DNA of 64,000 bases. Origin: Tubiluchus corallicola (lineage: Eukaryota > Animalia > Priapulida). The stretch covers positions 1 through 64,000 of the forward strand of contig JAQGDQ010000011.1 in NCBI GenBank assembly GCA_030141605.1, read 5' to 3'. The notes under the pieces are model-generated. The model was not told the origin of the DNA, ran no database searches, and saw nothing but the letters and a program-made list of their open reading frames with translations. The translations under genes and the position numbers were made by a program. Below are positions 57,501 through 64,000 of the stretch, one piece after another; position 1 is the stretch's first letter, and each line of letters starts with the position of its first letter.

Positions 57501-60500
57501 CATAAGTTTGAGCAACATTCGTTACTCGTTGGTTGATATTTGTGGTTTTGCAATTTCAGGTCTTATTGAAGTTATCGACTTGTTCCTCGCCGCTGTTTTT
57601 AGTGAATGGGCAGTTGTGCAGTGGCCTAGTTTCGTTACGGAAGACGACCGTTCTCTTCTCGGCTTCGTGGTGCACTATCGAAAGGCGTATGTAACCACTG
57701 TGCTACTGATTGATTTTTGCTGTAAAGCTGGTACTTAAATAAACTAACAACCTGAGGCGTAGCAAGGTGGGGGCGATAGACTGCAATCGTCCCCATGCTC
57801 AAGGCTAAGAGAGTGCAAAATTCTTCTAGGGATCAGTGACTGTGAATTATTAATTACTAATCTGATATTAACAAAACAATTAACAAAAGTTTTCAAACTA
57901 CAACAAAACTGCCTCGTCAGAGATCTTTACTGACTTGATTACTACATTCAGCCTAGAAAAAAGGCTAATGTTGTCACTTAACGGCGTGCATAAAGTGTTG
58001 TGTTGCTGAGTAGATTGATAATATTAGGAGAAACAGTGGCCACGTTTCTCTAAATGCCGATTGTATTATTGTGAAAATCTGTAATGGTCTGTATTTTTCG
58101 TAATCTTTTAATGTTTTAATGCTGAAGCCAAATGTTTAAGGACTATCGTGTTTCGCACAACTAATACATAGAAAAGAGTTACTCTGATGCAATACTCAGG
58201 GTGATTCTTAGAAAAATTTTTTTTATCTTTATCCAGTCATGTCGAAAAAGGAAAGTCGGGCTCAAAGACGCAAAAAATGCGCACAACTTGTGGTTTCACC
58301 CACGAAACAAATCATCGAAACATTAAAAGGGTAGAGCGCCTGAATTTTTTTTGCTCCCGGGCGCCACAACTACTTTCTATGCCACTGATGATAACAGCGC
58401 AGTTAATATGTTGATAGAACAAATACTATATTGCTCAGTAAAAGTTGTCCAGCTTAGTTAACTGTCATAAATTAAAAACTGTTCTTTGTGCAAAGCTTTC
58501 CTAAGATCCTTGTACATGTTAAGCTCGTACAATATGATTACCACTTTTCATTCTTTCAAATAAAGCGAATTTGTTAGGTCATGTGCAGCACTTGTGGTTC
58601 TCATTCATTTCTTTTTTTATTTTGCAGGCCGTATCAAAATCTGACCATGTTTGAAGGAAGAGATGCATGCGGAAGTGATGCGTAAGTATGAAATTTCTGA
58701 CTTTGAAAGTACAGAAGCAGTCATTCTTGAAAATCAAAACTGTTTGCGTGTTTCTTCACGTTCGTGTTTAAGCAAAGCCACTTCATTTTTCTGTAACAAA
58801 TGTCTGATTCTTACTCAAATGTTTGTGATGCTGACGAGGTGAGAGAGAGAGTGGTGCAGAAATTAGTACAGTGGTTGCAGTTTAATAAAACCACCACGGG
58901 ACCAGCAGGAACTGGTTTTAAAAACCACTCAGCTCACTCACATGCCCTACAGAATGACTCGACTGTACAACAGTAAGTCAAGTTATTCAACAGACTAAAA
59001 TGTACTTCAGCAGCTGTAAGAGCAGTTATGAATAAAGAATCAACTTTAACTTTCAGTTTGACTTTCGCTAAGAAGAGGTGAATCTGGGAAACGGGACTTA
59101 AATTTCAACTGCGTATCTTAAAAATAGATTTTATTGTTCCATTTTGCTATTGCTGTTGTCACCTGCTACTGAAAAATGAGACTTTATCAGATGGTGCACT
59201 GGTTTTAGTAACCAATTTTTTTGACAATATCTAAGGGTGGTATTTCTGGACTGTGCCTAAATGGTTCTAAAGTGCATCTAGTTTTATTAAGCAATGACTA
59301 CTGCATTGTATTATTTCTGCAGCAGTTTTTTCTGTTTTGTTCTTATACGGCACACTTTTTGCTGAAAAAAATAAGAAAACTATCAGCAGTAATTTCAATA
59401 TTAGGGATAGCTGATAGCGATGGTTTGGTGCAGCATGTTTTTATGTTCGTTTATTTGTTTACTTATTTGTTTGTTTACGATGAACAGGTGGAAGATGCAG
59501 GATGTGGAAAAACACAACACGACAGGAAAAGAACAAATGGCTAGTATATTTGGCGGGAAACGGAGTGATTATGCTGATATACTAACGAACCTTGAACCGG
59601 CGACTCAATACGCTGTTTACGTCAAAACCTACACCATTCAGGGGGAGAATCAGGGTGCACGTAGTGATATTGTTTATTTTACCACCGACACTTCCGGTAC
59701 GCAGGTTTTTTTGTAATGTTTTTTTGGCTAGTGTAGTTTAAACATCAAAGCATTTTAACTGTGTTTTTTGCTCAATTTGTACAACGACATTTCGCTGTTG
59801 TACGGCAATGAGTAGTACCATCATCTTTGCATTTCTGTATTTTCTCTTCATAGTTTTTTGGATTAACATTTTTGCAGGAAACTTGAAAGTAACAGTGGAA
59901 GCATCATTTTTTTTCCAGAAGGAGACAGATGTGCCGAAAAATTGTGCTATGATTTCATTAACTTTGAACCATCTGATATTAAACAAAACCACTTTAAAGC
60001 TTTCCGTTGTTTACTGTGCTAAATTCTTTTGTTCAAGGTCCTTTACAGGGTAAAGCTGCCTTGATCTGAAGCAGTCATTCAAAAAGTAATAAAATAATGT
60101 ACCATGTTTTGTCAATCACCTTATATTGTCGTGTTTTTTCAAGAAATCTCACATTTACAATTTTCTAGCACCTACCCAGCCACAGGAGCTGAGAGTGTCT
60201 ACGAATAGTTCATCTATGCTCAGCCTCACTTGGAAACCACCTCTTAAGCCAAATGGTGATGTTACGCATTACAAGATTAAGTACCGCTCCAAACCGGAAG
60301 ATCCACGACAGTTCGAAGGCTGGAATTATTGCACTGACAGAAGTACGGCCATATTGTTTTAAATTTTTCCTTGATTTATTATTTAGTACCAAATTTGTGT
60401 AGTGGTCTTGTCTTATAAAGGTGATAATATTTACGTCTAGAGATTAAATGTTTTTAAGTTTTGTTCCAAAGTTTTGTGCTGAATTTAAAACAAATGTATG

Positions 60501-63500
60501 TTGAGCTTTATAAAATTTAATTTTACAGTTTAGTATCTCAACAAATATGCATTTCAATTTTTGGTATTTCGTTTGCAAATAAGCTGTACTTTGTTTCTGA
60601 AATATGCAAGCGAATGAATATTTCTGTGAAATAAAATGAAATTTTTTGGGGGGATTTTAAATAAATACTTGAAAGATGAGTCTTAAAGTAAAGGCCAAGT
60701 TTCTGAGAAGTTAAGCTTATTTCAGTGTTGGCAAAAAAACTTAGAAAGATTTAGTAGAAAAAGTGTGATAAGTGCCTCCTGTAATTAGTAAAATCTTTTT
60801 AAAGTCGCGATCATTTCACGCTTGGGCATATTCATTTTGAACCTATTTTTCCAGCAATGACGCCATTCATCGATTGAAGAAAGAAACAGTACACAATCAT
60901 TTTCCGTCAGAAATAAATTACAAATCATAATAACTTTTTACAAAAAATTAAACCACTAATTTTGTAATGTTTTTGCATGAATATTAAGTAAGCTTCAGAT
61001 GTTTGAATTAGTTTAAGCAGTACGCGCTTAGGGAAAATTCGATGAGCTTGCAAAAAGTCGCGAAGTCCACCAGTTACGTCATGATTTTCAAGTGAATGTA
61101 GGCAATTACCGCGCCTGAAAATGTACAGCGGTAATATAAATTAACTTTATGCTTTATAGACATTTTTTTGCAAATTTCTGTGTTATATTTTTCTAAGTTT
61201 AAACAATAACAGTAAAATAAATCGAACATGCTAAATAACATCTTCTGGAAAATGAAAATTTTGGCAATTTTAGCCAATACAAATGTGACATAAAAATGAA
61301 TTTGATCAAATTTCAGCTGACATTAGGAAACCAAGTCCAACAACGACTCCATTGCCGATTCCCTCGACAACTGTCTCCGACATCAAACAAGATGGGACAT
61401 GTCCGATATGCACATGCAAAGAGGAAGGGGAGAAACGGAAGACTCCGGAAGAAGAAACGAAGATCAACCAGATTGAGTTTGAAAATTTTCTGCACAATAC
61501 AGTGTTCATCAAACGGTGAGAAAATAAATTTTTTTACTAATAGACTCTAAAATAAGATTTAAAAATAAGAGCTTTTTTAAAAAAATTAAGAATTCTGTCC
61601 ATTATTTCTCGCTACAGTCCGCAAAGTGCATATTCTACAGGGTAGTAATTATTGTTCTACTTCCAACGCAAGCGAGTACTCTCATAGTAAACTAAAACTA
61701 ATGATTCTTGCTTGCTTCTGTAGTCAGCTATAATGTAGCCTGCAGTTCACTTTAGCACATTGAGTCAGTGTACTATAGTGCTTTCGTTGCTGTGAATATG
61801 CGCCTTATGCAATCTTAGCAACTAAAGCACATACGAAGGAAGCATACTTTTTAAAAGATGGATAGTCACGTAGCTACAGTAATAATCTTGTAAACAAGCT
61901 GTAATATTACTAGAAAAGTTTTTCGTTGGATTACTTCTAAAAAGGTAATTCAATGATTTCTGTTTTGGCGATGAAACATGCCACTAATATCATATTGCAG
62001 AAGTGATGTCGACACCATATCTGGACCCGACATGGAATTTCCAGACGAAATGCCTCAAGGATCTTATTCCGATTTTGTCAAGCGTCGGCGACGGCGTGAC
62101 ATTCGAGATGTGGCGCCTGACAAACTGCAGCCTCACCTGACTGTACGTTCACTGAATGACTCTTTCTTAGTGCCGGGTGAAATTGACGAGAACAATGATG
62201 CTGACGGCGGATTTGATGATGTTGGTTTGCCATATGAAGACCCTTGGGAGGAAAGTACAACAATTATTGTGCGCGGTTCTAATAGGATTGTCTTAACCAA
62301 CTTGCACCACTATACAAGCTATATAATTGAGGTAAGTTCTAATAAAAAAAATGTCATTGCGTAGCAGACTGTTGGGTAGGGTAGGCTAATCACTAAGCTC
62401 AGGACCAGTTCCTCAATGTTGGACTTTTGGTTCACAGTTGTATACTTCAGTTTGGAAGATACTGTGAAACTTTAATAGGTTCAGACAGAGACACACTATG
62501 TTCTGGAGCGGAGCTTTTAAGTCCATTTTGCTCAAAGTTATCGTTGCTCATTTAGAAATCTTTGTTAGTGCCGTTTTTTATCTTCCTGGGATGTTTCATT
62601 TTATGATCATAAAATGTAGAAACTTTGTCCCACTTTCAGCCTCCTTTCTAGGTGACAGTGAATTATAACTAGTTGCATCATACTGACTTTCGATTTCTAC
62701 TCATTTAGCATTTGGTTTTTTGTGACTGGTGTTTGTACTTATGTTTTGCCTGTTTAATTTTAAAACCCGTTTAGTACTATATTACCGTATGATTAGCCAA
62801 AGTTAACTGAAAGGTTGGGGTGGCTTTATGACTGTGCTTTAACCATTATCTTTCATAATTTCTTACCATTCATATCTCTATTAATTTTCTTGTGAAATTT
62901 TGATGTTGTAACACTCATTTTACAATTGTTTAGATTGAGGCTTGCCACGATGAGAAGAGAATAGGTAACATGACACATAAGCTGTGCAGTCCAACGGCTG
63001 TTACACAAGGCCGCACTCGAGCACTTCGTAAGTGGCTTTATTTTTCCATTCTTCAGTACGACATTTAAACATTACAAAGTTTCTGTTTTTTTTATTTGTG
63101 GGTCTTTTCGTTTTACAAACCCCGTCAAAAAGTTGTTTTTTCCATTGATGTGATGGTGTTAGATTGAATCAGCAGACAGTTTTCAAGTGATATGAAACCT
63201 TATCGCCTGTTAAAGGAAAATCGATCCAATCTTAAATTATAGCTCAAAGCAATCAAACCTATAAAACATCGAAAGCAAACATATTGTTTTTGCAAGAATG
63301 GCATACGTGAATTAATTATTACTGCAAAAACGGAACTTCTCCTTCGCACGGCTAGTTCTTCACTGTTACATCCGTGTCACCATTCACTGGTATATTATTT
63401 GCACCTCAGAAATGCGTTGCACAAAAACTGGTGCTGTAACTTCCAATTCTGGTGTTGTTCAGTTGTGATGTAACACACATGTTCGAAAGCTCAGCGATGT

Positions 63501-63997
63501 CAAGTTTAGCACCATATTTGTAAACTTAAAATTCGCGGAGTTTAGTCCATCACATTGAATGTTGTACAGTGGCACTGCATTTCAATCTTAGCTTCCACAA
63601 ACACGTGTGCAACATGCTTGCGGAATGTTTGTGCTGTGTAATGTTATGTTCATGACTTTACTAGTTGGCTTCGCTGGTTGTTAATTGAGCTTTAACCCAT
63701 TGTTTTATTATCAGAAGCATTAAAATAGGTGTTAGAATGTGTAGCTCACAATGGAGTAATTCATAAAAAAATCATCCTGTGTTCCTTTAAATGTATCTTT
63801 TTAAGAAATAAGTATGTCTGCCTTTTGCTGTTAACATGTCAGTGCACATTGTTTCAGGAACCGCGGACCGTATTAATTCGTCGCAGATTTTAGTTTCCAT
63901 TAACGACACTAAAGGAGAGATCAAGTTCAAGTCACCGCCCGCACCTAACGGAATAATACTAGCATATCAGATAAAATATAGGCTTACAGCAGAGAAG
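39526..63997 (+). CDS. InR: Insulin/IGF-like peptide receptor (receptor tyrosine kinase), 3'-partial, ectodomain only; 15 coding exons, 955 codons
   Basis: Exons: 39526-39673, 48325-48843, 52028-52224, 52626-52812, 54056-54163, 54852-55014, 55894-56108, 57560-57686, 58628-58681, 59488-59696, 60169-60342, 61317-61515, 62001-62331, 62934-63027, 63858-63997; phases consistent. Motifs: signal peptide; L1 CGSIDIRN...[10 protein letters not shown]...[13 protein letters not shown]; [12 protein letters not shown]; L2 [10 protein letters not shown]...SNGDKVAC; [16 protein letters not shown]; WKPPLKPNG; alpha[12 protein letters not shown]; KRRRRR cleavage site; [12 protein letters not shown]. Confidence 0.96.
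40935..41415. repeat. 39-bp minisatellite, ~12 units, in an InR intron
   Basis: Unit GTAGGTCAGGTAGCCAAGCAGCCAGCTGTCTTGAGTACT. Confidence 0.92.
42543..43223 (-). mobile_element. Kolobok-like MITE family C, full-length, inverted
   Basis: TTAA on both sides; reverse complement of 50523-51200. Confidence 0.85.
45678..46050 (+). mobile_element. Penelope-like retroelement RT remnant
   Basis: [35 protein letters not shown] and FYRCYVDDT motifs with stops and frameshifts. Confidence 0.8.
47506..47880 (+). mobile_element. MITE family A, copy 3
   Basis: TIRs AATAAGTCTTTTCACGGTTTC and GGAACTATGACAAGGCTTGTT. Confidence 0.85.
48889..49371. mobile_element. Harbinger-like MITE (family D)
   Basis: TIRs CGGCACTTTCAGACTAGCAAGTTGTC and GACAACTCACTAATCTGAAAGTGCCG, flanked by TTA and TTG. 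Confidence 0.7.
50523..51200 (+). mobile_element. Kolobok-like MITE family C, full-length (678 bp)
   Basis: TTAA|AGGACAAGAAAA...TTTTCTTGTGCT|TTAA. Partial copies also at ~46390-46650 and ~54230-54680. Confidence 0.85.
53587..53973 (-). mobile_element. MITE family A, copy 4 (inverted)
   Basis: Near-identical reverse complement of 47506-47880. Confidence 0.85.
56140..56360. repeat. Degenerate (CAT/TAT)n low-complexity repeat
   Basis: Seen directly. Confidence 0.85.
57752..58387 (-). mobile_element. hAT-like MITE (shorter relative of 28666-29972)
   Basis: Ends CTGAGGCGTAGC and CTATGCCACTG; shared subterminal sequence with the 28666 element. Confidence 0.65.
60687..61240 (+). mobile_element. 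Kolobok-like MITE family B
   Basis: TTAA|AGTAAAGGCCAAG start; colinear with 13722-14277. Confidence 0.75.
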
Positions 63998-64000
63998 GTA

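Overview
AT-rich, intron-rich genomic DNA from an animal (invertebrate bilaterian-like). It carries two spliced protein-coding genes arranged head-to-head about 7 kb apart. (1) A complete POLR3C (RNA polymerase III subunit RPC3/C82) on the minus strand: 13 coding exons, 10392-27924, 522 aa, with one GC-AG intron and one probable U12-type intron. (2) The 5' two-thirds of an insulin/IGF-like receptor (InR) on the plus strand: putative non-coding exon near 35.1 kb, then 15 coding exons, 39526-63997, 955 codons covering signal peptide, L1, CR, L2, FnIII-1/2, insert domain and the start of FnIII-3. The transmembrane and kinase parts lie beyond the window. Introns and intergenic DNA are filled with MITEs (TTAA/Kolobok-like, Harbinger-like, hAT-like), LINE, Penelope and SINE remnants and microsatellites. 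Most ORF-track entries are spurious. Main observations: nested inverted-repeat pairs bracket frame-preserving ligand-binding InR exons (candidate circRNA or exon-skipping module); the InR leader has a FoxO element, a CCAAT box and uORFs; the receptor has a candidate N-terminal propeptide and an acidic spacer after alphaCT. Exon models were built by hand from splice signals, phase and remembered homology; no searches were run.
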